DNA of 64,000 nt. Origin: a virus. Its lineage: Duplodnaviria > Caudoviricetes. Below are positions 40,212 through 50,644 of this stretch, piece after piece. The notes below the pieces were generated by a model. That model saw only the letters and a program-made list of their open reading frames with translations, made no database searches and was not told where the DNA came from. The stretch spans positions 58,199 through 122,198 of IMG/VR virus record IMGVR_UViG_3300048693_000367; one strand, given 5' to 3'. The translations under genes were made by a program, and so were the position numbers. Within the stretch, counting starts at the first letter, position 1; the number at the start of each line of letters is the position of its first letter.

Positions 40212-41270
40212 TTATTTCCTATTTTTAAATATTTCATTACTTTGCTGTACAATCGTTCTTTGTACATCTGGTAACTTGGTATTATCAATCATATCCGAAT
40301 TAGACTGAATAACAGTATTTCTTTCCCTTATAATATGTCTTGATGTATTATCATTCAAGTTATAAATATTCTGGGCCTCTTCTTGTGAATTAGCCATTAT
40401 AAATACTTCTCCAGCTTTATCTAATTTTTTACCCTCTAATATTTTTTCTGTGCGATTTTTATTTTTATTCTTTTCGCTTTCTCTGCGTTGATGAATCATC
40501 CAACCATCAAAAAGATCATCATCTTCTATTACATTATCAGGAGGACATTCAGGATGCTCATAAGCGCTATCATACATTTTTGTTAATACAACTAAAGTCT
40601 TTTGTTCATCTGTCCAATTAATTGTAGCTTTATCAAATAGATGATCTTTATTAGCTGACCAATAATTTCTCCACTGATCACTTCTTGCTATTATTCTATA
40701 TGTTTTAATATCTATAGAATCATTACCTATAAAATCAGATAATCTTGTCAATAGATCATAGTCTACATCATTTTGGGATTTAAAAACTAAATTATTATTT
40801 TCATCATATAAACTATGAATTAATAAATATTGATTTTTTATAATTTGGCTATATCCATATGCTGTACATTGATCTAAACTATGTCTAATAGCAAACTGTC
40901 TATTATAAGCACCGTTTATGTTTGATAAAGTTTTACGTAAACTTTTAAGCTTAGCAGGATTAAGAAAACTCTTGTATAGGTCTACTTTTGTGTCTTCTAT
41001 TTGTTTTTCAAGATTTTTAAGATTATCATCTCCATTATATGTCCATAGGCCCATAGCGACCAATGTATCAACAATAGAATCGTCAGTAATCCAGTCGTTG
41101 AATCTGTTATACTCACACTCTTGTTGAGCATAAAGATCTGCCTCATATTTAATAGTAATATCTGGATAAATTAATTTATATTTTTTACCACTATATATAA
41201 AGAGGTAAAATCCAGATAGTATGCGTGATAGATATATTCCGACTGTTCTTTGATCCATAATCCTATACAA
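40212..41270 (-). CDS. hypothetical protein (tail assembly region)
   Basis: 352-aa ORF in late operon. Confidence 0.55.
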   Translation of the reverse strand: MYRIMDQRTVGIYLSRILSGFYLFIYSGKKYKLIYPDITIKYEADLYAQQECEYNRFNDWITDDSIVDTLVAMGLWTYNGDDNLKNLEKQIEDTKVDLYKSFLNPAKLKSLRKTLSNINGAYNRQFAIRHSLDQCTAYGYSQIIKNQYLLIHSLYDENNNLVFKSQNDVDYDLLTRLSDFIGNDSIDIKTYRIIARSDQWRNYWSANKDHLFDKATINWTDEQKTLVVLTKMYDSAYEHPECPPDNVIEDDDLFDGWMIHQRRESEKNKNKNRTEKILEGKKLDKAGEVFIMANSQEEAQNIYNLNDNTSRHIIRERNTVIQSNSDMIDNTKLPDVQRTIVQQSNEIFKNRK

Positions 41271-41307
41271 TCATTCCGTTGTCTTCTAATACGAACCAGC
41301 CTAGAAA

Positions 41308-42420
41308 CTAGGCTGGGGTATATGTGCTACCAGCAAGTTGACTGTAGAAGTTGCCACCGCTGTGTGCAACCACGAAGTCATTAAATGTCTGATAACTATA
41401 TGTTACACTAACGTTACCACCACCAGTATCACCACCTGTATAGTTAACACTGGTAAGTTTGCTCTTGGTGCCAAGATAAATTCTTGTACCTTCGCAAGTC
41501 TCAAGGAATATGGTTTGATCAAGAAGATTATGGCGACCACTGCATTGTGGAGTATTAACATCTGCTACTGTTGTACCAGTAAGACCAGCGTAATATCCAC
41601 TTTCTGTCGCGTTGATCATATCTCCTGTCACAGCAACAACTTCAAACTCTGATGTTACTTCGACTGGGAATGTTACATAACGATGATAAGGAGCAAATGT
41701 ACCTAGTTCTTGGATAGCTTCACGACCAAAATCACAACTAACTGTGATATTTTGGAAGTGTACAGCAAATCCGCTACCACCACCAAGCGCATCATTTGTT
41801 CCGCTGGCACTAATGCCTGGGATTTGTGTTGGGAAGCGGCAATTTGCCATGTTAAGGAACTGTCTGCGAGCAACGCCTTGAGCAGCGATAGGAGCGTCTG
41901 TATTATTAAATGCTCCTGTGAGAGTGCCGCCCCATACCTTATTATTACCAACTAATGTTACATCTTCTGTAAAATTACCATCTACTGGAAATGTATAGCT
42001 TACACTGCTGACATACATGCCTGAGCATGTTAGTGCTGAGATAGATGTGCCGCTGGAACTAACGTTGGTATCATTGAAAACTGCGAGTTGCATATCACAA
42101 CGAGCGTTTTGGCGACCTGGAATTGTGGGATTAACAGCGGTTAAACCAGTAGCAATACTAGATCCTTTTTCTGTGGCAATAACGTAAACAATTGGATAGC
42201 CGTCTAGAACCTTATTAAGAGTAACCTCAACATCAGGAACATTCTCAACGTTCTGATAAATGGCCAATTGTCCCATCTCGAACACTTGTTCTAGATTAAA
42301 ATTTGTTGTGATGCCAACAGTTTGAAGGCCGTGAACTGGTAACTTATCTGTGTTAAGTGTTCCAGCGGCTTGACCTAGCACAACCTGTTGAATTGCATAA
42401 TAAATACGATTATTGGCCAT
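41308..42420 (-). CDS. major tail (tube) protein
   Basis: GLQTVGITTNFNLEQVFEMGQL; high-expression codon bias; position. Confidence 0.7.
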   Translation of the reverse strand: MANNRIYYAIQQVVLGQAAGTLNTDKLPVHGLQTVGITTNFNLEQVFEMGQLAIYQNVENVPDVEVTLNKVLDGYPIVYVIATEKGSSIATGLTAVNPTIPGRQNARCDMQLAVFNDTNVSSSGTSISALTCSGMYVSSVSYTFPVDGNFTEDVTLVGNNKVWGGTLTGAFNNTDAPIAAQGVARRQFLNMANCRFPTQIPGISASGTNDALGGGSGFAVHFQNITVSCDFGREAIQELGTFAPYHRYVTFPVEVTSEFEVVAVTGDMINATESGYYAGLTGTTVADVNTPQCSGRHNLLDQTIFLETCEGTRIYLGTKSKLTSVNYTGGDTGGGNVSVTYSYQTFNDFVVAHSGGNFYSQLAGSTYTPA

Positions 42421-42508
42421 AATTAATCTCCACTGTAATTTTAGATTTAGGTTAAATATGCCTATGGTGGTATATTGATCTTATTTAAGATACACTAAAA
42501 AGATAAAA

Positions 42509-43465
42509 TCAACTTGAAATTATCTCGACTGTAGCTCGCGCCATCCCTTGATGAAAACTAGGATGAGGACTATCAATTTCGAATAAATTAATATTCTTAA
42601 TAAAGCATTTTCTCCAAGGATAAGTTTGTACAATATCTGGATACATTAATGGACTATTTTTAATATCGCCATTATAGTCTAATGGAAAAACGTCGTTTTG
42701 TGCAACTATGTTTGTATCATATAACTGAATGGTTAAGTCTTGTTGTAATCTTATGATATCTAAAAGCTTATTACGGTCATTTTTAGTTTCAGCATATACA
42801 TAAAAAGCAATATCTTGTTCCAGCCACAATAGAGAATTACCTAATTCATATGGTCGTGATCGTGATCGTGGTACCGATTCTATAACTATAGCGGGTAGTT
42901 GTATTCTATGATTAGCTCCTATGGACCACTCTCCATCTTCGGATCTTTGTATATCAACATTAGAAGTTTTAAATGACTGATATTGTAATATATTAAACCA
43001 TGGACTTTCTGATGCTCTGTGTGTTTGTACAAATCTATAACTGTGTTCAACATCAACTGTTGAAGATAATGAAATAGGTGAATTAAATATTATTCTACCT
43101 AATGGATAGTTAACACTGAAATTACCAGATTTATTAACTGTTGTAGTCCCATTAATTAGTGCAGAAGATACGACGGTGGGTGATGTTTCTCCGTAGGTCG
43201 CTGAGGATTCCCAAACCCAATCTTTTCTTATTCCTTGCCACACTCGACCATCTGCATATGCAGGATCATTCACGGGTATTAATCTATAAGGATAGTTGAT
43301 GCCGTAGAGTGTGGAATTGGATATTTTAGCATCAAACCAAGCTCCAATATTTAAAAAAGACCAATCAAAATACATCTTAAAATTAGCTTCTACTATATTA
43401 AGTAGAAGATCCTCTGATATGTTGTTGATTCCCTTAAAACAGGTATTATAGTCACAATTACTCAT
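42509..43465 (-). CDS. putative tail terminator/neck protein
   Basis: position; LPAIVIE...PYELG motif. Confidence 0.5.
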   Translation of the reverse strand: MSNCDYNTCFKGINNISEDLLLNIVEANFKMYFDWSFLNIGAWFDAKISNSTLYGINYPYRLIPVNDPAYADGRVWQGIRKDWVWESSATYGETSPTVVSSALINGTTTVNKSGNFSVNYPLGRIIFNSPISLSSTVDVEHSYRFVQTHRASESPWFNILQYQSFKTSNVDIQRSEDGEWSIGANHRIQLPAIVIESVPRSRSRPYELGNSLLWLEQDIAFYVYAETKNDRNKLLDIIRLQQDLTIQLYDTNIVAQNDVFPLDYNGDIKNSPLMYPDIVQTYPWRKCFIKNINLFEIDSPHPSFHQGMARATVEIISS

Positions 43466-44100
43466 AGTTTAAATGTCCTGTTAAGCAGGTTCTCTATATC
43501 ATCAGATACACTATCTATGGCCCTTGTGATCCAATTATCAGAAGCCGTACCACTATACACAGACGGTACTTTCCATGAATTATTGCTTGGTTTCATAAGA
43601 GCATTGCCTGTTCTAGAATATTGATTAGCGCCTAAAATAACTTCATATTTATCAACTATAGTTTTATTTCCTTCTAATAATAGCCACTCTAACCATGGCA
43701 AAGTATATCCACGAGCACTATCTATAACTAAAGCATAATCAGTATATAACACATCTGCATAGTCTATTCTAATAGTACTAGCACTAAACATAGCCTTAAT
43801 TTTGCCGTTTGCCACAATGGGCTTCATTTGTGAATAATTAATATTATTGGCCCATATATCTATTAAACCGGCTAATTTAGGACCAGGATCAGGTATACCA
43901 AATTCGTACCGTAAATCACCACTTAATAAAGACTGATATTCTGGAGCATTAACTATACCTTGTCTAATAATAGAAGGTAATTGACTTTTGAGATTCTGTA
44001 TCGCACTATTCATGTAGTTTGTAACATCAACCAACAGAGCTTGAAGTATTTTATCAGCTATGTCTGCATTATTTTCTATTAGTTTTAAAGATAGTCTCAT
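43462..44100 (-). CDS. putative neck/tail completion protein
   Basis: WLEWLL..G...NWITRA pattern; position. Confidence 0.45.
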   Translation of the reverse strand: MRLSLKLIENNADIADKILQALLVDVTNYMNSAIQNLKSQLPSIIRQGIVNAPEYQSLLSGDLRYEFGIPDPGPKLAGLIDIWANNINYSQMKPIVANGKIKAMFSASTIRIDYADVLYTDYALVIDSARGYTLPWLEWLLLEGNKTIVDKYEVILGANQYSRTGNALMKPSNNSWKVPSVYSGTASDNWITRAIDSVSDDIENLLNRTFKL

Positions 44101-44108
44101 TAGTGATG

Positions 44109-44750
44109 CTAACTATGACTAGGAGTTGGTGTTGGTGTTGCACTAAGAGATGGTGTTATCGATACTGTTCTTGTTGGGGTGGGTGTTCTTGTGAGGGTGG
44201 GTGTAACACTAGTTGATGGTGTTGGTGGAGGACTATATAAACCAGTTTTTTTCCACATAGTAATTAAATATTTGTTATCACCCAAACCTACTGGATTGGG
44301 TTCTCCGTATAGTTGAAACACAGGATTAGCATTACTAGTGTGATAAATAACTGTCATATCTTTACATCGTCGTATCTGCGCTAAATAATCTTTACTACAT
44401 ATGGTTTGTATATATCCGTCTGGATTATCTAGCTGTGGTGGTGGATTAATCCATTTTTTATAATCCCATATTATAGCCAAATAACCGTTATCTGTTTGGG
44501 TTCTGCCAGTAGATCCAGAGCCATTACAATATGGACATATTTTACCAAGAGCAAAAGATATTGGACCACCCGTTTTATATTTACCAGAAGATTTTTTTAA
44601 ATTAACATCATATATACAATTGGGACATAGCTCAACATTGGTAACACCATAATTAAACACACATTCTGTAGTTAGTCCAGTAGAAGCCAATAATAAATCA
44701 ATCTGATTATTATAAATACTTTGTAAATTAGCAAAATTTGGATAAGCCAT
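44109..44750 (-). CDS. putative head-closure protein with C-terminal (TP)n tail
   Basis: CPNC/CPYC; Thr/Pro-rich C-terminus; position. Confidence 0.5.
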   Translation of the reverse strand: MAYPNFANLQSIYNNQIDLLLASTGLTTECVFNYGVTNVELCPNCIYDVNLKKSSGKYKTGGPISFALGKICPYCNGSGSTGRTQTDNGYLAIIWDYKKWINPPPQLDNPDGYIQTICSKDYLAQIRRCKDMTVIYHTSNANPVFQLYGEPNPVGLGDNKYLITMWKKTGLYSPPPTPSTSVTPTLTRTPTPTRTVSITPSLSATPTPTPSHS

Positions 44751-44758
44751 AATTTATC

Positions 44759-45283
44759 TCATGAATAAAAATCATTATTGCCAACATTTCTGAATGGACC
44801 AACATTAAGATATCTTGGATCAAATTTATTATTAACAAACGGAGATAACACAGCAGCCCATGCTGTAGCGTTTTTAACATCCCAATGACTAGTAAGATCA
44901 TCATATAGGGCGCAGGCTCCGTGGTCGATAATGGCCTGCCATCCAGATAAGGATCCTCCAAAACTCAGGCTTGCTGGACCAAGTGCTGTTCGAATACCTT
45001 CTAGGGCTGCTTTGGTTCTAAATGTGCCTTGATCAAAAATACAAGAGGCTTTAAGACCAATGAGACTTAAAAATATATCATCTCCATTGGTAGTTGGATC
45101 AGGAGTAATATTAGGATTAATAATGTCTATTGCATAAGCGTAGTCTAAATTAACATCAAATTGAACGTATTTAGCTGCGACAACTATTACTTGTAATATT
45201 CTTTCGTCGCTATATTCATATGGTGTGTCTAGATCATTAATTAAAACTCTAACAACAGTAGTAAGATGTTCTTGCCAACCCAT
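44759..45283 (-). CDS. putative head-tail adaptor
   Basis: VRVLIND...YSDE pattern; directly after MCP. Confidence 0.55.
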   Translation of the reverse strand: MGWQEHLTTVVRVLINDLDTPYEYSDERILQVIVVAAKYVQFDVNLDYAYAIDIINPNITPDPTTNGDDIFLSLIGLKASCIFDQGTFRTKAALEGIRTALGPASLSFGGSLSGWQAIIDHGACALYDDLTSHWDVKNATAWAAVLSPFVNNKFDPRYLNVGPFRNVGNNDFYS

Positions 45284-45356
45284 ATTTGAACCTTTTAGTT
45301 AGAGAAAACATGCTAGATATATATAAATACACCATAAGACCGTGGTCTAAGTTTAT

Positions 45357-45391
45357 AAAAAAAGGCCAGCCTTGCGGCTGACCTTTCTTTT
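45357..45391 (-). terminator. intrinsic terminator after major capsid gene
   Basis: AAAGGTCAGCC-GCAA-GGCTGGCCTTTTTTT on minus strand. Confidence 0.8.
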
Positions 45392-45412
45392 ATTGGCGTT
45401 AAAGTCTGAGGA

Positions 45413-46429
45413 TCAAAGAGCGCCAAGTAGTACTCTGCGGTTGTCGAGAACAGCAAAGCCTTGCTCGGCCCAGCCATAAAAACCAGCTCTCTTTTGACGA
45501 TGAAGAGTATCGTCTTCGAAGATTTGAACTTCTTGACGAACTGGCATTATGAAACTGTCTCTCTTGCGTAGATCAAGACCAACAACAAGCTCGACCTTCT
45601 GGAAGGTTTCGTCGCCTGGGAGAGTGCCACCAAGTACGTTGCTATAGAATAGCTGGTATTGTTGACCTTCGCCAAGCTCGTCACGATCATGGAGATTAAT
45701 ACCGAAGACGCGGTTAAGAGTACCGTCAGCAGCGGTATAGATTTCACGACGAGTTACTTCGTCGATTTGGTCTAGACCCCAGTTGCGGATGTCTTCCATA
45801 GCTTCTGGACTCACATAAAGATCTGTAAGCATACCGCGGTTGTTACTAGCGGAGTTGCCGCCACCGTTTCTGCGCATTACAGTCTTCATGAGACTTACCA
45901 ATCTCTTACTGAATAGGCCGTCATTGGCATCAGTATCATAGACTACGATGTTGCGATCAACACCAGCAGCAAGAAGTGTATGCCAGCCGTCATCGTTCAT
46001 TTTCTTAACAAATTGAGCTTCGAGAACTTCCATAGCACGACCAACAACATCCCAGCGGGCGTCGCGAGCATACTTTAGAAGATAATCGATACTAGCGCCA
46101 ATGTCATAGGTTGGAACCATGACATAATCGCCCTCAACATGCTTCTGTGGAATATAACCATGATTTGGGATGGTATAAGCCACGAAGTCTTTCTCGGTGC
46201 CTGGAGCAAGGAAGTCTAATGGGAACTCTGGAGTGGCACTTTGGGCCAATGCGATTGGCTCGAAAATGTCATCTAGAATGTTGCCACTAAGGACACCTTG
46301 ACGAAGTGGAAGTTCAAGAGCCTTAGCAAACTCATGATTTGCGGCTAATGCCTCCTCTTTGTGTAACGAACCAGACTTAACGAGAAGATCTGTTAGTTCT
46401 GGTGTGGGTTCAAATTTTCTATTGGCCAT
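45413..46429 (-). CDS. major capsid protein
   Basis: order portal-protease-decoration-MCP; strong codon bias; C-terminal GFYGWAEQGFAVLD; start ATG 46429. Confidence 0.85.
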   Translation of the reverse strand: MANRKFEPTPELTDLLVKSGSLHKEEALAANHEFAKALELPLRQGVLSGNILDDIFEPIALAQSATPEFPLDFLAPGTEKDFVAYTIPNHGYIPQKHVEGDYVMVPTYDIGASIDYLLKYARDARWDVVGRAMEVLEAQFVKKMNDDGWHTLLAAGVDRNIVVYDTDANDGLFSKRLVSLMKTVMRRNGGGNSASNNRGMLTDLYVSPEAMEDIRNWGLDQIDEVTRREIYTAADGTLNRVFGINLHDRDELGEGQQYQLFYSNVLGGTLPGDETFQKVELVVGLDLRKRDSFIMPVRQEVQIFEDDTLHRQKRAGFYGWAEQGFAVLDNRRVLLGAL

Positions 46430-46443
46430 GTTTTTCTCCCTTA

Positions 46444-46902
46444 TCAAGTTATATTAATGTCTACTTTGACGTAACCATCAGCATCTTTAACGCTCAAGAA
46501 ACGACCTACTTTAACACTATTTGTGCTAACATTGGTTAGTTTACCGTTTGCACCGTAGTAAGCATCTTCACCGATGGCTGGATTGACTCCAGAAACAACC
46601 ATGTTAGTTGTTACTTGACCTTGACGAAGAAGTGTTACCTTACTGCCAGTCTGAACTTCGTCTTTGTGCCAATTGACGTGCTGTCTTGTAAGATCAAGAC
46701 TTACAACATCATTTAGCAATAAGCCTGCTGGTTTTGTGCCAGACTGTGAGGCAGAAACTGTTACTACGGCGAGTGAATCGTCCATAGCAACGCCGCTACC
46801 GCCAGTACTGTGTACAACAACAACACCACGCTCTGCTGATGCATCATTGCAGAAGAACGAAATATCTGTGTATGCTTCAACGCGATCTGATTTTAAAGCC
46901 AT
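46444..46902 (-). CDS. capsid decoration/cement-like protein
   Basis: 152 aa, beta-rich (GSKVTLLRQG...G.L...VGRFLS), between scaffold and MCP. Confidence 0.6.
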   Translation of the reverse strand: MALKSDRVEAYTDISFFCNDASAERGVVVVHSTGGSGVAMDDSLAVVTVSASQSGTKPAGLLLNDVVSLDLTRQHVNWHKDEVQTGSKVTLLRQGQVTTNMVVSGVNPAIGEDAYYGANGKLTNVSTNSVKVGRFLSVKDADGYVKVDINIT

Positions 46903-46904
46903 TT

Positions 46905-48377
46905 TTACTCTCCCTTATTAAGTTTTTTACCTAGTCTAATACAAACAAAGTCAACTAAGGCAGCTCTTGTATTCTGCATTTCTGATTCTGTTTCGCTACC
47001 AACACTTAGATCAATCTCTTGATCATTAGTCTCAACATTTTCTAAAGCTAGCGAAACATCTTCGGTTTTTGCCTCAGTTTCTTCTGCTTTAGTATCTTCA
47101 ATGCTTGCTGCTGGTGGAACGGTCTTTACAGAAGCTAAAAGAGATGTCATACTTGCGAATGTTTCATCGTCTAGTGTTTCAAATTTTTCAACTGTAGCAC
47201 TAGCTACTTCTTCTGTTACGCCATTCTCAAGAAGAGTGGCCATTCTTTTCATCTTCTTTTCTTTCTTGGCCATTTCTTCTTCTTTCATCTTATAACCAGC
47301 TAAAGCTTCATTAGCAACTTGTAGTTCGTTGATTGCAGCATCAAGGGCAGCCTTCATCTTTTCCATTTCTTCTTCCTTCTTCTTCATATCTTCTGCCATC
47401 TTCTTTGCTGCTTCTGTCTGCTCATCAGCTACTGGAGTCACTTCTTCTACTACTACTGTTTCGGCAACTTGAGCCTCAACAACAGTTGTGACTTCATTTT
47501 CTGGTTGAGCGACTTCGGATTCAATACTCATATTTGTCTCCTTTAAATTGGCTTGATTTGAAAATACACCTTCTTTTATAGAATCGTCATTTTTTTCTTC
47601 TATATTTTTAGCAAAAGCAATCTCTTTATCAAAATGCAAACTGTCTTTTGTAAAAATAATACTTTCTGGATTAGCGGGCCTGTTAACAAATCCCTTGCCA
47701 GAAAACGTAATTTGTCTTAATACTCTACCAATCTTATAGTCTTGATGTTCGCCTTGTCCACCATAGGCTCTTAAGTGTCTTGTTAAAAAAGCAGTTTCTT
47801 CGTTTCTTGGTAAAACATTAAACTTACCAGTGCTCTTATTAATTAATCCATAATCAAATCCCTTAAAAAAGCACTCCATACTAACGTATTTATTGCCTGA
47901 TTCAATTTCTTCTATTAGTGTTGAGGCTCTTTCTTTTAGTTCTGGCTCTGTGTATCCAGTATAAATAACGGATCCAGTAAGAATATGAAACTTTTCTGGT
48001 AATTGATCTAGATTAATATCTTCATTAATTAATTCACCATCATCGTTGATGGGCCAATTCGATGTTATATGGCCAACTATTGCGGCTTCATCGTGTTCCA
48101 GATTAGTTGGCTTGTGTGTTGGTGTGGCTCTTGCTAACCAAACTTCTTTGGCATCAAAAATATCATCATTTTTGTTCCAGGATGTGGTTACTAAAATAGA
48201 TTGAGTATAGTATAAATCAGTATCCTCAATACCGGCCAAAGCCTTTACATTTTGTTTTAGTTGAGAATTATGTACTTCGTGATCAGATTTTTCTAATAGC
48301 GAAGCATAAACAATAGAGGATTTTGCAGAAAGAGCTTCTGATAATCCGGCATCGACTTCTGCTTTATATATTTGCAT
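46905..48377 (-). CDS. prohead protease-scaffold fusion
   Basis: NKNDD.F; KPTNLEH; VSMEC; F.G.G.V..PA protease motifs; acidic coiled-coil C-terminus. Confidence 0.75.
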   Translation of the reverse strand: MQIYKAEVDAGLSEALSAKSSIVYASLLEKSDHEVHNSQLKQNVKALAGIEDTDLYYTQSILVTTSWNKNDDIFDAKEVWLARATPTHKPTNLEHDEAAIVGHITSNWPINDDGELINEDINLDQLPEKFHILTGSVIYTGYTEPELKERASTLIEEIESGNKYVSMECFFKGFDYGLINKSTGKFNVLPRNEETAFLTRHLRAYGGQGEHQDYKIGRVLRQITFSGKGFVNRPANPESIIFTKDSLHFDKEIAFAKNIEEKNDDSIKEGVFSNQANLKETNMSIESEVAQPENEVTTVVEAQVAETVVVEEVTPVADEQTEAAKKMAEDMKKKEEEMEKMKAALDAAINELQVANEALAGYKMKEEEMAKKEKKMKRMATLLENGVTEEVASATVEKFETLDDETFASMTSLLASVKTVPPAASIEDTKAEETEAKTEDVSLALENVETNDQEIDLSVGSETESEMQNTRAALVDFVCIRLGKKLNKGE

Positions 48378-48399
48378 ATTTAACTCTCAAAAGTTAAGT

Positions 48400-50595
48400 T
48401 TACTTCGAAGAATACACCATTTGATAAAAATAGGCTTTAGTATACTTTAATTCTTCTGTGTTTGGTGTTCGATCCATTTCTCTGGCCACATTTTTAATTA
48501 ACTGATTATATTGGTGGCTTTTTAAGTTAATGTCAATACTATTGATAGTATTGAGTTTTGATAAAACTAGATCTTCGCTAATTGTGGTTAGTGGTTCTAG
48601 CGAAAAAAAGATTTTAGTTTTGGTAGCTTCTGCTTCATCATATTCAGCGTTAGATAAACTACGCATATTTTTCTTGCCATAAAATTCTAGTAGATGTGGA
48701 TTCAATAGTTCAGATATCTTATCTTGTGCTTCTATGGCCCAAAGTTGTAAAGATGCTCCGGTTTGAGGACTAAATGTTTTAGTTTTTCTCTTTTCTGTGT
48801 CTTTACTATTTTTTGGACGGCCCTGTTGAGGTTGTCCTGGAGTTTTAGTAGATATTGGCTGATCACCACCGGACGGAGAACTTCCTGTCGGTGTTTTCAT
48901 TTCTAGTGCGCTTTTTTCGTTAGCTTTTTTACGATCCAGATTTAAACCCACCTGACTAGGAGCAACAATACCAGTTTGCAAAGCAATCTTCTTAAGATTG
49001 TCTTCAAGTTGTGGACTAAAGTAAGGACCAGCCTTTGGAACCATTCTTTCGCTATCTCTTTGTTTGTTTTCTCTGTTGAGTCTGGTTTTCTCCATGTCTG
49101 GATCAAAACCAAATACTCTTTGTAGTAGTTCATCGCTAACAATATTTCTATCTGCTAGTTGAATGAGTAGTGCTTTCTCTGCGTCTTCGTTACTAAGATC
49201 CATTCTGTCAAATTCAATTTTAGCTGGAAATCTAAAACCCATAGCCTTTTGTACCATAGCAATTTCTTGTTTCCAAAAAGCCATTAGGACTTTGCGACCA
49301 TACTGTAGTCTTTGTGTGAGCGTTTTGAGACTGATAAAATTATTGGTAGTACCAGCAGCACCATAAGTGCCAGTTAATGTTGGTGGAATACCAAGGCCAG
49401 CATAAATACTATTTAAGTGAGGAGTATATTTGCCTTCGCCTAGGAATTGATGTACTGCTGTTTTACTTTCTATTAATTCAATATCTGGACCCCAAACAAG
49501 ATCCATTGTGCCGCCACCAACGTTGCCTTGTAGAATACTACTAAGTTTACTAGCAGCAGCTTGTGTTGGAGCAATCTTGTGTTCAAGACTACCTAATTTA
49601 AAAATACGAATATTACTAATAGCACCATCTAAGGCTGCTAAGTCTGCTAGCTTAAGTTTTTCAACAATAGCAATATCATCCATAATACTATAGATCATTG
49701 GAAATGCCCAAGTTTTCCAATCGTCTTTTTTATAGTGGAATACTAGTGTCTTTTCTGTATCAAGTAAATATGACTTCTTGCTTTTTGCTGCTTCAATAAT
49801 GGCTGGGGGTAGTTGATCAACAATAGCTTTTTCAGCATCGTTCTTAGGAGCATTAATAATTTTTCTAAGAGTTGCTGGTATAGTAATAGTATATGTTTTA
49901 TTGCCAACGAAAGAAGATAAAGAAGAACCAACCACATCAACAACTCTTGGATCAATAAAGGTATACTTCCAAGGAATTTCTCTTTTTTCTACTTTAATCT
50001 CGTCGGTATTAATTACCAGATCTGGACTAGCAACACTCTTATATAGATTATCAGCAACTTTAACGCTAATTTTTGCTGTTTGTCTATTTACAACAACATT
50101 ACCAACTCTATATAGGTTATTTAGGAATCGCTCACTACGTTCTTCACCCTTAACCTTTTCAAACCAATTTCTATAAAATCTTTCGATACGCTTATTTGGA
50201 TGAACTAGTCTGATTCCCTGAGAAGCAAAATCGCCCATAAGATCAATAACATTTTTTACTAAACCAACTCTATTATAGATTTGATCTGCCATAGCAAAAA
50301 TGGCTTTGATTTCTGTTGGTACGGCCTCGTCTGGACGAAAGTAGTCATAGTCGCTTCTTGTTAATCCTGGCCTACCGGATGTCATTCCGTCAAGGTTCAT
50401 GAAATTACGGAAACGGCTAGTCGCAGCAGTAGCCTTATTGGTCACTATGCCAAACTCTTCTAATCCTTTGCTAGCTTCATTTAATGCTTCTTTTTTACTC
50501 TCTAGATTATCATCCCATGTGACATACGCGTTTTCAGGAATAATATTTGAAACTGTTGGTATAGAGTCGCTTTTTGGATATTTTTTTCTTGGCAT
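48400..50595 (-). CDS. portal protein
   Basis: 731 aa directly after terminase; VKNVIDLMGDF; IRIFKLG; GIP. Confidence 0.8.
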   Translation of the reverse strand: MPRKKYPKSDSIPTVSNIIPENAYVTWDDNLESKKEALNEASKGLEEFGIVTNKATAATSRFRNFMNLDGMTSGRPGLTRSDYDYFRPDEAVPTEIKAIFAMADQIYNRVGLVKNVIDLMGDFASQGIRLVHPNKRIERFYRNWFEKVKGEERSERFLNNLYRVGNVVVNRQTAKISVKVADNLYKSVASPDLVINTDEIKVEKREIPWKYTFIDPRVVDVVGSSLSSFVGNKTYTITIPATLRKIINAPKNDAEKAIVDQLPPAIIEAAKSKKSYLLDTEKTLVFHYKKDDWKTWAFPMIYSIMDDIAIVEKLKLADLAALDGAISNIRIFKLGSLEHKIAPTQAAASKLSSILQGNVGGGTMDLVWGPDIELIESKTAVHQFLGEGKYTPHLNSIYAGLGIPPTLTGTYGAAGTTNNFISLKTLTQRLQYGRKVLMAFWKQEIAMVQKAMGFRFPAKIEFDRMDLSNEDAEKALLIQLADRNIVSDELLQRVFGFDPDMEKTRLNRENKQRDSERMVPKAGPYFSPQLEDNLKKIALQTGIVAPSQVGLNLDRKKANEKSALEMKTPTGSSPSGGDQPISTKTPGQPQQGRPKNSKDTEKRKTKTFSPQTGASLQLWAIEAQDKISELLNPHLLEFYGKKNMRSLSNAEYDEAEATKTKIFFSLEPLTTISEDLVLSKLNTINSIDINLKSHQYNQLIKNVAREMDRTPNTEELKYTKAYFYQMVYSSK

Positions 50596-50644
50596 AATAG
50601 GTATTGTAATAGGTATTGTAATAGATATTAAATATATACACTAG

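Noticed and set aside
39064-41270. Programmed tail-chaperone frameshift
   Set aside because: No convincing slippery site or overlapping frame identified by eye.
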